Translations under genes and position numbers: made by a program
The notes under the pieces: model-generated
Seen by the model: only the letters and a program-made list of their open reading frames with translations
What the model was told of the DNA's origin: nothing
Database searches by the model: none
NCBI GenBank assembly: GCA_963749495.1
Contig: CAVVMW010000001.1
Span: 384,001 to 448,000, forward strand
Origin: an uncultured bacterium
Lineage (GTDB): Bacteria; Verrucomicrobiota; Verrucomicrobiia; Limisphaerales; UBA8199
Direction of reading: 5' to 3'
DNA: 64,000 nucleotides
Shown: piece after piece, positions 1-11,065 of the stretch
How positions within the stretch are numbered: position 1 is the stretch's first letter
Layout of the letters: each line of letters opens with the position of its first letter

Positions 1-37
1 CGCCGTCCTGGGCACCGGTATCAAGATGGTTTTCCCA
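1..37 (+). pseudogene. dprA-like fragment (AVLGTGIKMVFP), cut by the window edge
   Basis: gtcctgggcaccggtatcaa matches dprA at ~5389-5408 (19/20 nt); similarity stops at ~37. Confidence 0.6.
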
Positions 38-348
38 GTCCAACGAACAACCGGCAACAACTGAAACCCTTCGGTTTTTCAAGGGTTTCCTGACGTTTTG
101 CAGGTCAAGGGGTGTCGGATACCCTTGCGAGCGGAGGAGATGCCGGGCACGGTCTGGCGCAAGAACCGACACCCCCCCCGTGCCGAACGTCAAAACCGCC
201 GCCAACAGAGTTTCCAGCCCTCGTTCCTGAGCGGATAAACTGGCTTTTCGGTTTCTGGACAGCGGTATTGTGCCAGAACACAATAGCGGTTTTAGCCACC
301 ATCCCCTCAGTTCTCGGACAAGGTGCGGAATGAGAATTTGCAGCGGAC

Positions 349-1296
349 GTGCTTGACGGGGATTCGCCAATCTGTTTTGATAAATTCATCGTGGAAACCG
401 AGATTGCAGAAACCACCGATGCGCAAAGGCGCGCAGGCCACCGAGGAGAGCCTTGTCAAGGTAATCCTGAGTTGGTTGAAAAGCCTCTTGGATTCAATCG
501 CAAACCATTGCTCGACGGAGCCACGAGACTCGCTTCCAACTACGGGGTCATATTGGTTTATGACCAGCACGTAATTGGGTCGGGAACACTCGTGAAAGTG
601 GGCGAGGTCAATGGCATTTTGACAGCCCACCACGTTTCCCGCATTCCTTATCTTAAAGGATGGAATGAGTTTTCACTTTGTATCCGCACAGATGCGATTC
701 ATCGCGTGGATGTTCAAGCACGGCAAATCGAGCATATTATTGTCGGCAATTATGAACGAAATCATTATGAATACACGGGGCCAGACCTGTCATTGATGAT
801 GATTACAGATGCCGATTTGTTTGCAAGGCTCAGCGCCAAGAAATCATTTTATCCCTTGGACAACATATTTGATGCGTCACAGTATCCCGCCGACAAATTG
901 CGTAGGATGCCATGGTGGGTGTCCGGGAGCCCCGAGGAATTCAGAGAATCATTGGGCATTTACAGGGGCGAGCCATTAACTAAGTTTTCGGATTTTCATG
1001 CTGACGCAGGGTTTCTTTCTCTGAGTAAAAGGAAAGGGTTTGATTACATTAGATTACAGGTTGACGCTGGTATCAACTTATTTCCGAAGAGCTATGGGGG
1101 CATGAGCGGCGGAGGCATCTGGACTCCAATGATTCAAGAGAGGCGTGACGGCTCGCAGGATGCGGTCCCAATCCTTCAAGGCGTAACGTTCTACGAAACG
1201 CGGACCCGGAAAAGGCAGAGGGTATTGATTGGCCACGGGCCATATTCGATTTACAGTACGCTGGCTCAGGCCATTAAACCAGACGCAACGGCCTAA
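349..1296 (+). CDS. Trypsin-like serine protease, possibly defence-associated; start uncertain
   Basis: Catalytic-triad-like motifs GSGTLV..GILTAHHV, PDLSL and GMSGGG; lower GC than flanks. Confidence 0.7.
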   Translation: MLDGDSPICFDKFIVETEIAETTDAQRRAGHRGEPCQGNPELVEKPLGFNRKPLLDGATRLASNYGVILVYDQHVIGSGTLVKVGEVNGILTAHHVSRIPYLKGWNEFSLCIRTDAIHRVDVQARQIEHIIVGNYERNHYEYTGPDLSLMMITDADLFARLSAKKSFYPLDNIFDASQYPADKLRRMPWWVSGSPEEFRESLGIYRGEPLTKFSDFHADAGFLSLSKRKGFDYIRLQVDAGINLFPKSYGGMSGGGIWTPMIQERRDGSQDAVPILQGVTFYETRTRKRQRVLIGHGPYSIYSTLAQAIKPDATA

Positions 1297-1328
1297 AATG
1301 GTTTTCCGAATCGGCGGACGGTTAGCGC

Positions 1329-1364
1329 TTTTTCGGGCGCGTGTCAGCATTGTCGCGCCCGAAA
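1329..1364. terminator. Hairpin after the protease gene, possible terminator
   Basis: Perfect 12-bp stem ttttcgggcgcg/cgcgcccgaaaa with a 12-nt loop. Confidence 0.4.
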
Positions 1365-1392
1365 ACGGAAGGGCTGCGGTATCATCCCGGCC

Positions 1393-1503
1393 ATGCCCTT
1401 GATTGAGAAAATCGCCAGCGGAGGCCAGACGGGCGCGGACCGAGCCGCCCTCGATTGGGCGATTGAGAACGGAATTGCGCACGGTGGCTGGTGCCCGAAA
1501 GGC
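1393..1503 (+). pseudogene. 5' fragment of a SLOG-superfamily 'putative molybdenum carrier' gene
   Basis: MPLIEKIASGGQTGADRAALDWAIENGIAHGGWCPKG is the family N-terminus; similarity is lost afterwards. Confidence 0.75.
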
Positions 1504-1818
1504 GGGTTGACGCCACGCACCACCGGCATCAAAACCCCGCCACGAGGCCCCGCACCCGAGCGCCCAAGGCCAGCAGGACTCTCAGGAGCCCCCGCGCGCA
1601 CCGCCTCCCGCAGGACGACGGCGGCGGGGCTGCTGGATTGAACATCATTTTATCCAAGGTGCTTCCAACGGCGGAACTGGCTCCTTCCACCGAGGCCAAG
1701 GGCACGATTGTTGAGTTGCTTCAGGCGCAGTATGGCGAAAACGAGAGGACTCAGCGCTGCAACGTCTTTCGTGGTTTCTGTGTGGACAATTGTGCTCCGC
1801 TCCTGATAATCGTCAGGT

Positions 1819-2895
1819 ATGACAAAAGCCAACCAAGACGGCCCGAAACCGGCAGTAGCTGCCAAAAAGTCATCCAAGCGTGGCCCAAAGAGTAATCGGC
1901 CATTCCCAACCGTAACGCTTGAAGAAGCGATAAACGTGCCTCTCGCACTGAAAGATAAGCATGGAGGCAACCCGTGGTCCCCAGACGAATTGGCGGCGGC
2001 CATGGGGGTCAGCTCCAAGCCTCCGGCATTTTTTTACCTCACTGCGGGGGCGAGGGATTATGGATTGACGGAGGGGACACGAGCCGCGAAAAAGATTTCG
2101 TTGGCCGACATCGGGAAGCGGTTCGTCTATCCAAAAGACAAGGACGCTGAACGGCAGGCGCTTCAAGACGCGTTCTTCAACGTGGCCATTTTCAAGAAGG
2201 TCTATGAGTATTACAAAGGTCCCACACTACCAGAGCTGAAATACGTGGCGAACACCCTCCAAACGGAGTTTGGGCTGCCGGCGGAGTATCATGCACAATT
2301 CATAGGCATCTTCCAAGCAAACTGCCGGTTTGTTCAGAAGGCTGGCGACATAACGCTGGAGGTTCCCGCGCCCGGCGGCAAGGCTGCTGAGAGAACAATC
2401 ACATTGGCGACGCCTAGCAAAGCAACTGGGTTGCGTGCGTTCGTGATACTGCCTTTCAGCGAAAAGAGCGGAAGTCCTTGGGCGAAGGGGTTTTTCAGTG
2501 AGGTTCTCAACACGCTGATTACACCGGCTGCTGTTGACGCAGGTTTCAAAGTGGACACCGCTCGCCGCGAAGGCAGCGACGTAATCCAAGCGACAATCGT
2601 CAACCAGTTGTTAAGCGCCGACCTTGTTATAGCCGACCTTACGGACCACAACCCGAACGTGCTTTTTGAACTGGGGTTGCGAATGTCATCTGAAAAGCCC
2701 GTTGCACTGATTCGTGCCGAAGGGACGCCACCGATTTTCGATGTGGATAATATGCTTCGGGTCTGGAGTTACAAGGCGAACCTGTGGAGATCCACGCTAC
2801 AAACTGATATCCCTGCACTTAAAGCGCACATCGAGGGCGCTTGGGAAAACCGCAAATCTGCGAAAACTTACATGGAGTTGCTGAAGGAGCATTAG
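1819..2895 (+). CDS. Two-domain protein: N-terminal wHTH-like domain, C-terminal nucleoside 2-deoxyribosyltransferase/TIR-like domain
   Basis: AFVILPF...ADLVIADLTDHNPNVLFELGLR is typical of NDT-like domains; 358-aa ORF. Confidence 0.7.
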   Translation: MTKANQDGPKPAVAAKKSSKRGPKSNRPFPTVTLEEAINVPLALKDKHGGNPWSPDELAAAMGVSSKPPAFFYLTAGARDYGLTEGTRAAKKISLADIGKRFVYPKDKDAERQALQDAFFNVAIFKKVYEYYKGPTLPELKYVANTLQTEFGLPAEYHAQFIGIFQANCRFVQKAGDITLEVPAPGGKAAERTITLATPSKATGLRAFVILPFSEKSGSPWAKGFFSEVLNTLITPAAVDAGFKVDTARREGSDVIQATIVNQLLSADLVIADLTDHNPNVLFELGLRMSSEKPVALIRAEGTPPIFDVDNMLRVWSYKANLWRSTLQTDIPALKAHIEGAWENRKSAKTYMELLKEH

Positions 2896-2930
2896 GCCAC
2901 ACCGGCGCTGACGGAGCCGCCCTCGACTGG
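2895..2930 (+). repeat. Second short copy of the SLOG gene motif (GHTGADGAALDW)
   Basis: 31/36 nt identical to 1423-1458; overlaps the stop codon of the upstream gene. Confidence 0.7.
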
Positions 2931-2963
2931 TCGGGTAACCCAGTGGCCTAGCGAAACACCTCA

Positions 2964-3482
2964 ATGCACCTTCCGGCTGAACTCACACCAACCACCTTCG
3001 AGAAAGTAAAGCTACCTATCCGCTGGCTTCGGAACATCCCCAAGTCCACACCCGTCTTCAAGAAGTGGAAGGGCATAGAAGTGGACGATAGCTATGGCAA
3101 TAAAGCGGTATTGGACTTTTACGGGAGCCCCGAGTTTGCGGAGCTTGGCATTCTGAGAATGATGGAACACGCGGGATGGTCTGGGGTCTGGGTGGACACA
3201 TACCGAAGTGCGTATAGGACGCAGTTTTGGCCACCGGATTCCGTCGCGCTGCCGCCAACTCAGGAACGACTGCTCAATCGGATTTGGGAAAAAGCCGGTT
3301 CCGCGTCAGGCTGCTTCGATGTATTCTGCTGGAAGAGCGACCAGTTCATCTTCATCGAGTCGAAGCGACACAAGAAGGACCTCATCCGTGAAACACAAAA
3401 GCGGTGGCTGCAAACGGCCATCCTCAATTGCCACATACCCCTAAACCGCTTCCTGATAGTGGAATGGACGCTTGCGGGGTAG
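2964..3482 (+). CDS. VRR-NUC-like PD-(D/E)xK nuclease
   Basis: GCFDVFCW..FIFIESK..D.IRETQKRW motif. Confidence 0.65.
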   Translation: MHLPAELTPTTFEKVKLPIRWLRNIPKSTPVFKKWKGIEVDDSYGNKAVLDFYGSPEFAELGILRMMEHAGWSGVWVDTYRSAYRTQFWPPDSVALPPTQERLLNRIWEKAGSASGCFDVFCWKSDQFIFIESKRHKKDLIRETQKRWLQTAILNCHIPLNRFLIVEWTLAG

Positions 3483-3539
3483 CCCTAGTAGTGCCAAAAT
3501 CAATCAAGCCTCTCCCTCACACGTGGGGGTACGGGGTGT

Positions 3540-3836
3540 TTACGGAAGCCCGTCTGAATCGAACAGCCTGAGAAAATCCGCATCCGAGAAGGACTTCCCG
3601 AGCATTCTCAGTCTTTGGCCAGCCTCCTCCAAATCCTCGGTTTCAAGGTCAAAGCGGTGAGGGGCTACGGCCTCGAAGACGCGCTCGGCGATATTCTCAT
3701 CCGCGATGAAAATGGAGTGGGGTTGGTCCACGCCGGGTTTGGGAACGAGGACCAAGGCCAAGCGCTCGCTCTCACAAAGGACGTGCGCCCAAACGATGCG
3801 GGATTTGTGGCTCTTCCGGAAAGTTCCTGCCTGCAA
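3540..3836 (-). CDS. Hypothetical protein
   Basis: 98-aa ORF with globular-looking composition; no motif recognised. Confidence 0.4.
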   Translation of the reverse strand: MQAGTFRKSHKSRIVWAHVLCESERLALVLVPKPGVDQPHSIFIADENIAERVFEAVAPHRFDLETEDLEEAGQRLRMLGKSFSDADFLRLFDSDGLP

Positions 3837-3912
3837 ATAGCTGGGGCGCCGTCATCGCGTGCGGCCCCCATCCACCTCCCGGCCGCTCCCTGGGAGTCAC
3901 CAGCGTAGCGCC

Positions 3913-4125
3913 TGCGTCGCGTAGCGACGCGCTGAAGGTAGCCGTGGACCTCGGTCCACGGTTTGGGGCGTGGGAATGGCCGGGCGTCGCGTAGCGACGC
4001 CTGAGGGCCTGGCCATGGCCAAATCGCATCAGGCTCTCAACCGTCGCTACGCGACGCAGGTGAGCTTGGGCCATGGGTCCGTGGACTGGAAGTCCACGGC
4101 TACCATCAGGCACCGCTACGCGGTG
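3913..4125. repeat. Composite REP-like palindromic element, family A
   Basis: gcgtcgcgtagcgacgc and ccgtggac..gtccacgg palindromes; near copy at ~49070-49270. Confidence 0.75.
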
Positions 4126-4504
4126 ACGCAGGCTCCCGGCGAAAACGAACATTCCGACCCCACCAGCCCCCTTCGGTTCGTCCATGTTCAGAAGGGCGAT
4201 CCCCACCATGGCGGGCAGGGGGAGCGGTCAGCACTCCCCGTCTCTGTTCCGGCGGATGGCCTCGCGGGCTCCCTCTTTCAAGTCGGCCATCTTCCGGTCT
4301 TGGCGTTCGAGCTTCCTTTTCGACTTCTGAAAATGACGTTCGGCGTTTTCGCCTCGGAGTTTTTCCATTTCCTCCGGCGGCGGCAGTCGGGCGCTTTCCG
4401 ACACTACCCCGGCCACCGACGCCAAAGGGCCCGGAGCGCCTGCTCCAGCCGGCTTTGGAGGTTCAGTGATCACAGAGCGGCAAAGCCGCAACCGCGGAAG
4501 CGAT

Positions 4505-4583
4505 AACCGCGGAACACGCGGAATACGCGGAAAGAGAACCGGCCGGCTTCGGAATTCCGCGTATTCGGCGTGTTCCGCGGTTC
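4505..4583. repeat. Inverted pair of 9-mer repeats (cgcggaata/tattccgcg)
   Basis: Same motif at ~9585-9668, ~33812-33840 and ~33956-33982. Confidence 0.65.
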
Positions 4584-4878
4584 ATTCTTTCTGTGAGAAA
4601 TCTTCGCAACCTGCGAGCAAGTTCGACCATTGCAGTACAGGGGGCCCAAAGGGGTGCAGGTGCGCGCAAAGCCGTCCCGCACAGGGCGGAATGGCGCTCC
4701 GGGGGGGGGGGTTGGGAGCGCTCCTTTTGTGCTGCGGCGGTGACCCCTTCACGTTTCACGGTTCAGGGTTCAGGGTTCAGCGTTCAGCGTTCACGGTTCA
4801 CCCTCAGGTCCCTCCCGTCCCCTGCGTTTTCCTTTCGCGGAGCTTGCGGGGGCGGGCGGGTTTGGCTAGTGATCGGGC

Positions 4879-5987
4879 ATGGATGAGCGCGAAGCGATGG
4901 TGGCGCTGAATCTGATCGAGCACGTTGGCCCGGTGCGGGTGCGGGCGCTGCTCGAGCGATTTTGGGGACGCCCCGGCGGTGCTGCGCGCCTCGCGACAGC
5001 AGCTCCTCCAGGTCCGCAGCCTGGGCGAGGAGACTGCCCAGGCCATTGCCAACTGGGAGAAGACGATTGACCTGGACGCCGAATTGAAGCGCATCGCCGA
5101 GTTCGGGTGCCGGATTGTGACCCAGTTGGAGGCGGAGTATCCGGAGTTGCTGCGGCAGATCTATGACCCGCCGGTGGTCCTCTACGTCAAGGGCCAGTTG
5201 CTGCCCAAGGACAAGAACGCCGTGGCGATGGTGGGGTCGCGGATGACCACGCATTACGGGATCGAGGTTGCCCGCAAGCTCGGCTTCCAGCTTGCCTACC
5301 TGGGGGTGACGGTGGTCAGCGGCGGGGCGCGCGGCATCGATTCGGCGGCGCACCAGGGCGCCCTGGCCGGCAAGGGACGCACCATTGTGGTCCTGGGCAC
5401 CGGCATCAATTTGGTTATCCCTCCTGAAAACGCGAAGCTCTTCGAACAAATCGCCGAGAACGGCGCCGTCATCACCCAGTTCCCCTTTAACCGCCCCGGC
5501 GACAAACAGTCCTTCCCCATCCGCAACCGCATCGTGGCCGGCATGACGCTGGGCACCGTCGTGGTCGAGGCCAACCTCACCAGCGGCGCCCTCATCACTG
5601 CCAACTTCGCCAACGAATACGGCCGCCAGGTCTTCGCCGTCCCCGGCCGCATCGATTCGCCCCGCAGCAAAGGCTGCCACGACCTCATCAAAAAGGGCGC
5701 CAAGCTCTGCGAAGGCGCCGAGGACATCCTCAGCGAATTCGAATACCTCTTCCCGCCCAGCAACAAGCCGCCCTCGGTCGCCGAGACCGGCATCCTGCCC
5801 GCGCTGGAACTGAGCCAAAACGAGCAGATGGTCTATGACACGCTCAGCAACGAGGAGGTCAGCATAGACGACGTGATCCGCAAGAGCGGGCTGCCGGCCT
5901 TCGGCGGCATCCGTCGCGCTCTTCAGCCTCGAAATGAAACGAGTGATCCGGCAATTGCCTGGGAAAATGTTTGTACGGAACACCTGA
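4879..5987 (+). CDS. dprA: DNA-processing protein DprA, with two apparent frameshifts (~4960, ~5900)
   Basis: YPELLRQIYDPPVVLYVKG, VGSR, VSGGARGID, FPIRNRIVAG, SGALITA motifs; C-terminal wHTH in a shifted frame. Confidence 0.9.
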
Positions 5988-6627
5988 AGCTCGACAGAAG
6001 GCAGCCAAGGAAACGAAGGCGATTCCCTCTTCGTTCCCTTGGTTGCCTTCTGGTGAAGAGTTCATCCGCCACAACCTCGCTGTCCTTGAAAACATGTCCT
6101 TGACAAACGGATTGGGTTCTGTTGCACTCCCAATGCAATCGAGTTGCAATACCACGACGCCTTTGTGCCGACCGACTGGCGACCGTCCCTCTCTGCGTTC
6201 TTCGCGTCTCTGCGTTTTCTCTGCTGCCACGCCATTTGAACAGGCCCCGTTTAGTGACTGGTCTTCTTCAATTCCGCAGAGGCTGCGCAGCAGCCGTGCA
6301 GTTGGGGCAAGGCGTATTCAAACGCAGAGACACGAAGAGCGCAGAGCGGCAAAGCCGCAACAGAGGAAGGGAATTAACCACGGATGACACGGATGAACAC
6401 GGATTTCTTTCAGAGGTCAGACCAACAGCATCAGGGTATCAAGCTTCAAGTTTTGCCGGTTTTTTGACGGTTTCGGCCCAACCCCGGGGCCTCGGCGAGC
6501 GGTGGCGGGCGATGGCGGATGGCGGGGGTTGGAAACTGCACGCGAGGCAACCAGTTCGACAACGTTACATTAGCTCGGAAATGCCAAACCGGCGTGTAGG
6601 CCGCAGGTCGCTGGGGCGGGCTTGGCC

Positions 6628-6838
6628 TCTGTCCCGAAGGGACATCCGAGAATAGCCCGGCGTTTCAACGCCGGGTGTCCGGTACAATAGAGTCAGCCCG
6701 TCCCGAAGGGACGGTTGAATCAGCCGCATGTCATACGTCAGCCGAGCTTCAGGCGTCCCTGTCGGGACGCGGGTCTTTTTGGGCGTCGTACCCGGCGCTG
6801 AAGCGCCGGGCTATTCTCGGGATGTCCCTCCGGGACAA
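6628..6838. repeat. Composite REP-like element, family B
   Basis: gtcccgaagggac and cccggcgtttcaacgccggg palindromes; related copy at ~41548-41735. Confidence 0.75.
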
Positions 6839-6948
6839 AGCTCGACCTCGACCCGCGTGAACAGTCACGTCACACCCGGTCCTGCACGTGAACAGTCACT
6901 GAAAAAGAACGGTCCAAAAGGCTGGCTTGACAAACGGGCGGTTTCCTA

Positions 6949-7661
6949 GTGCCATCACAATGCATCCGGGTTGTTGGCAACCGGCGAGCGCCAGTTCGGG
7001 GCTTGCTTCTTGTCGCGGGGCAACTCCTATGCCAAACCAGGACCCAACCTGTGCAAACCCGAAAGACCTCGTGGAAATGCGCCCTGGCCTGCGCCACGCT
7101 CACCATTGCGGCACACAGTTACGGCCAGATGAATCAACAGACGCTCTGGTCCTTTGGCGTCCCCGGCCAATCGGCGGGCAACCCGCAAGCGCCTCTGGTC
7201 CAGGGGACGGACGGCGCGCTCTACGGCACGACCGTTTATGGTATAGAGAGCTCGACCAATTACCCTTACCAGGTCAACGGGAATGGGACCGTGTTCAAAG
7301 TCAATCCCGATGGGACGGGCTTGTCGATCCTGCACTATTTTAGCCGTTGGGGGTCCTACGGCTACGGACAGTCTCCCGCGGGCGGGCTGCTCCTGGGCAG
7401 TGACGGGCTGCTCTACGGAACGACCCGGGACGCTGGCGAGATTGACCTGCCTGGCACGGTGTTCAGAGTCAATCCGGACGGGACCGGCTTTACCTGTGGT
7501 TTTACGGCTCAACGGGCCGGTGGTTCCGGGTCCTGGCCAGCACCACGCTGACCAATTGGATTCCCATTGCCACCAACCAGTTCGGCCCGGATGGGACCTG
7601 GAGCCTGCACGTCGAGCCTGACGGTGAGCCGTGGCGGTTCTTCCGTGCCGTGGCGCCCTGA
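6949..7661 (+). pseudogene. Choice-of-anchor (GloVer-type) tandem-repeat secreted protein, internally deleted
   Basis: PQAPLVQGTDGALYGTT..GTVFKVNPDGTG repeats; RFFRAVAP tail ends at 7661 in another frame. Confidence 0.6.
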
Positions 7662-7674
7662 GCCTCGGGCCAGG

Positions 7675-7818
7675 AAGCTCTTCGAGCAAATCGGCATCGA
7701 CAACGTCATCCGCAAGAGCGGCCTGCCCGCCTCGGCCGTGTCAGTCGCGCTTCTGAGCCTCGAGATGAAGCGGCTGATCAGGCAATTGCCGGGAAAAATG
7801 TGCGTCAGGAACAATTGA
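7675..7818 (+). pseudogene. Diverged, internally deleted 3' copy of dprA
   Basis: KLFEQI (dprA ~5435-5452) joined directly to IDNVIRKSGLPASAVSVALLSLEMKRLIRQLPGKM (dprA ~5864-5987). Confidence 0.8.
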
Positions 7819-7863
7819 CCAGTTTTAATTGCGAGCCTGAGGTCGGGATTCTATTCTGGAGGC

Positions 7864-8214
7864 GTGCCAACCGTTATTGGCTATGTGCAGACACCGCCGC
7901 TCATTTCCGAGGTGCTGGTCACAGACGACCTTCTAGGCTTCCATTTACAAGATGGCCGGTTCATCGGCGTGCCGCTTGGGTTCTATCCGACGCTCGCCTT
8001 GGCAACCGCGGAGGAACGAAGCCGCTTTGAGCTAAACGGTTCATCGGTCTATTGGCCGGACCTGGATGCGGACATCGGGGTCGAAGGCCTTTTGGCGGGG
8101 GCGCGGGAACATCACTTTTACGCGCGCAAGGCTGTCGAGCGCGCCGTTCGCTTGGGTCGTCTGCCCAAGACGGCTCTGGAAAACAATCCCCCTGGTCCAC
8201 TCCAGCCCGTCTGA
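7864..8214 (+). CDS. DUF2442-family protein (antitoxin-like)
   Basis: LQDGRFIGVPLGFYPTL..AT.EER..WPDLDADIGVEGLL. Confidence 0.8.
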   Translation: MPTVIGYVQTPPLISEVLVTDDLLGFHLQDGRFIGVPLGFYPTLALATAEERSRFELNGSSVYWPDLDADIGVEGLLAGAREHHFYARKAVERAVRLGRLPKTALENNPPGPLQPV

Positions 8215-8233
8215 GACGTGTGCCAGCCGCTTT

Positions 8234-8296
8234 GGAAACAAAAGAGTGGAGGGACGAAGCGCTCATGGCGTTGCCCCGCGATGGTCGGAAATATGT
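8234..8296 (+). pseudogene. N-terminal scrap of a Uma2-family endonuclease
   Basis: KEWRDEALMALPRDGRKY resembles Uma2 N-termini; no continuation. Confidence 0.4.
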
Positions 8297-8331
8297 AAGG
8301 ACTGGTGAGGAAAAGACTTTTCAGGACAATT

Positions 8332-9532
8332 ATGAAAATGAAACATTCCATTGTTTTATTGACCATGCTGCTCTGGCTGGTTGCAATGCCGGGCGTCTTG
8401 GGGGCCGATGAAACCGTTTCCCCTTACTCAAGATGGACGCACGGGCCTTCCGCCGATCCGGCCTTTTTCCCGATAGCGGTCTGGCTGCAGTCTCCGGCCA
8501 ATGCGGCGCGCTATCGCCAGGCGGGCATCAATACCTATGTTGCTTTGTGGAGAGGCCCCACGGAAGAGCAGTTGGCGGAACTCAAGAACGCCGGGCATGC
8601 GGTTGATCTGTGCGCAGAACACAGTCGCGCGGCGCCATCTGGACGATCCGACGATCATCGGCTGGATGCACGGCGATGAACCGGACAACGCCCAGGAAAA
8701 GGCCGGCGGCGGCTACGGACCGCCGATCGCGCCCGAGAAAATCGTCGCCGATTACCAGCGAATCCGGACCACCGATCCCTCGCGCCCGGTGATGCTCAAC
8801 CTGGGACAGGGTGTCGCCTGGGATGGCTATTATGGCCGGGGAAGCCGCAGCAATCATCCGGAAGACTACCCCAAATATATCGAGGGCAGCGACATCGCCT
8901 CGTTCGACATCTACCCCGCCGTCCACGACAATCCACAAGTGGCAGGGCGGTTGTGGTTCGTGGGGCAAGGCGTCGAGCGCCTGGTGCGATGGTGCGGCCC
9001 GAACCGCATCGCGTGGAACTGTCTCGAATGCACGCAGATTGGCAATCCCACCCGCAAGCCCACACCGCGAGAGGTCCGCTGCGAGGCCTGGATGTCCCTC
9101 ATCCACGGCTCACGCGGGTTGATCTATTTCGTCCATCAATTCAAGCCGAACTTCCGCGAGGCCGCGCTGCTGGACGATGCCGAGATGCTCGAGGCGGTAA
9201 CTGCCCTCAACGGCCAAATCGCCCGCCTGGCACCGGTCTTGAACAGCCCGCCGTTGGAGAATGCCGCCAGCGTGACCTCGTCCGAAGCGTCGGCGCCGGT
9301 CGCCTTCACCGTCCGGCGCCACCAAGGCAAGCTCTACCTGTTCGCCGTCGGAATGCGCGGTTCCGCCACGAGCGCCACTTTCACTCTCAAAGGATTCGAG
9401 GGCCAGAAAAGTGTGGAAGCCATTGATGAGGGGCGGTCCGTGACCGCGCTGGACGGGCGATTCCAGGACCACTTCGACCCCTGGCAGGTGCATCTGTACC
9501 GAGTCCTGGTGCCGGATCGCCAGCCACAATAG
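8332..9532 (+). CDS. Secreted glycoside-hydrolase-like (TIM barrel) protein, frameshift ~8595
   Basis: Signal peptide, FFPIAVW, WMHGDEPDN, FDIYP and HGSRGLIYF spread across ORFs 8305-8679 and 8501-9532. Confidence 0.7.
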
Positions 9533-10089
9533 TGGCCAACACCAGGACCCCTTTACGCCGACCGACTGGCCGAGGAGGAGAAGAACCGCGGAATACACGG
9601 AATACACGGAATCCTGAAGCGGCGCGATTTCCTTTCCGTGTAATCCGTGTGTTCCGTGTTCCGTGGTTGACTTGCCGTTTCACCCACAAACAAAAGGGTC
9701 TGACAGCGGGGCCGCCGCTCAGCCTCGTGGGCGGCAACCTGGCCACGGCGCCGGCCAGCAGCACGGTTGACGGCTACCTGACGAACTCAGCTCATCCAGC
9801 ACATCAATAGACTGATCGGGCAATTCAACGTCGCGTCGGCGGCCCTACGTTCCTTTGGTGTCATTGCCCAATAGGGTTGCCACCCCCAGTCGGAATCACC
9901 CTGTTTGCGAATCACTGCCCCCTGGCCGCACTGACAGGCTCGTCAAATCAACATTCCCTAATTGACATCCTCGCCCGCCCCACCAGACTCCCTTCTGAAG
10001 TGAGCAGGCTGTTCTCCATTGTTGCAGCCAAGGCTGGCAAGGGGTCTCAGCCTCTCGAAACCTAAACTACCGCTAACACAAAGCGAACC

Positions 10090-10892
10090 ATGAAAACGAT
10101 AAACGATATTGGCCTGGAGAACGTCCAGGCCGTCTATAGCGGCCCGGAGGGCGACCTCTGGGAACTGGTGATGGGCGAGCAGATCCATATCGGCGGCTTC
10201 CAATCCTCGATGGACTTGGCCCAACGCGCCGGCATCGGGGCCGGCCTGCACGGAGTGGACTTCTGCTGCTGTAATGGCGCCGGCATGCGGTTCCTGGTGA
10301 AATTCCGCGGTGTGGCCTCGATGCGTGGCGTGGATGCCACTGAAAAGGTTGTCGAGCGGGGCCGCCAGCGCTGCCAGGCCCTGGGCTTAGCCGACAAAAT
10401 CTCTTTCACCCTCGCCGATGTCTGTGCCACGGGCCTGCCCGGCGAAGGCGTGGACTTTGTGTGGGGTGAGGATGCCTGGTGCTACGTCGTGGACAAACCC
10501 AGGCTGATCGCGGAAGCCGCCCGACTGGTGAAGCCCGGAGGCGTGATCGCCTTCACCGATTGGGTTGAGGGGCCGGCCTGTCGGCGCAAGAGGCCGAACG
10601 CTTCCTCAAATTCATGAAGTTCCCCAGCATTCAGGACCTGAACGGCTACCCGGCGCTCCTGAAAACCAACGGTTGCCAGGTGCAAGTGGCCGAGGACACT
10701 GCCCGTTTCGCTCCCTACGTGGACCTCTACCTGGACATGCTCAACAAGCAACTCACCTATGACGCGTTGCAGATCATCGGGTTTGATCTCGAGCTCATGC
10801 AGGCGCTGGCCAAAGAGATGGTGTTCATGCAACAACTGGCCCGCGAAGGCAAGATCGCTCAGGGCATCTTCATCGCCATGAAGAACCGCTGA
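10090..10892 (+). CDS. Class I SAM-dependent methyltransferase, frameshift ~10575
   Basis: GEQIHIGG, VDFCCCNG, ARLVKPGGVIAFTDW; continues in ORF 10614-10892. Confidence 0.8.
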
Positions 10893-11065
10893 GTGCTGAC
10901 ATGCCGAAGTAACCGTAGCAGCCGACGTAAGGAGTCTCGCTACCCGGCGCAGAGCCTCTTTACGCCGGCTGCTACGGTGAAAGGCAAAACGCCGGCCCTG
11001 CGTTCGGGATACGTTTGGACGCGCGGTCCGGCGGCGCGAACATGGCGTTCGCGTGGAAATAATTT

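Noticed and set aside
300..3900. Integron cassette array
   Set aside because: No intI gene and no recognisable attC sites between the genes
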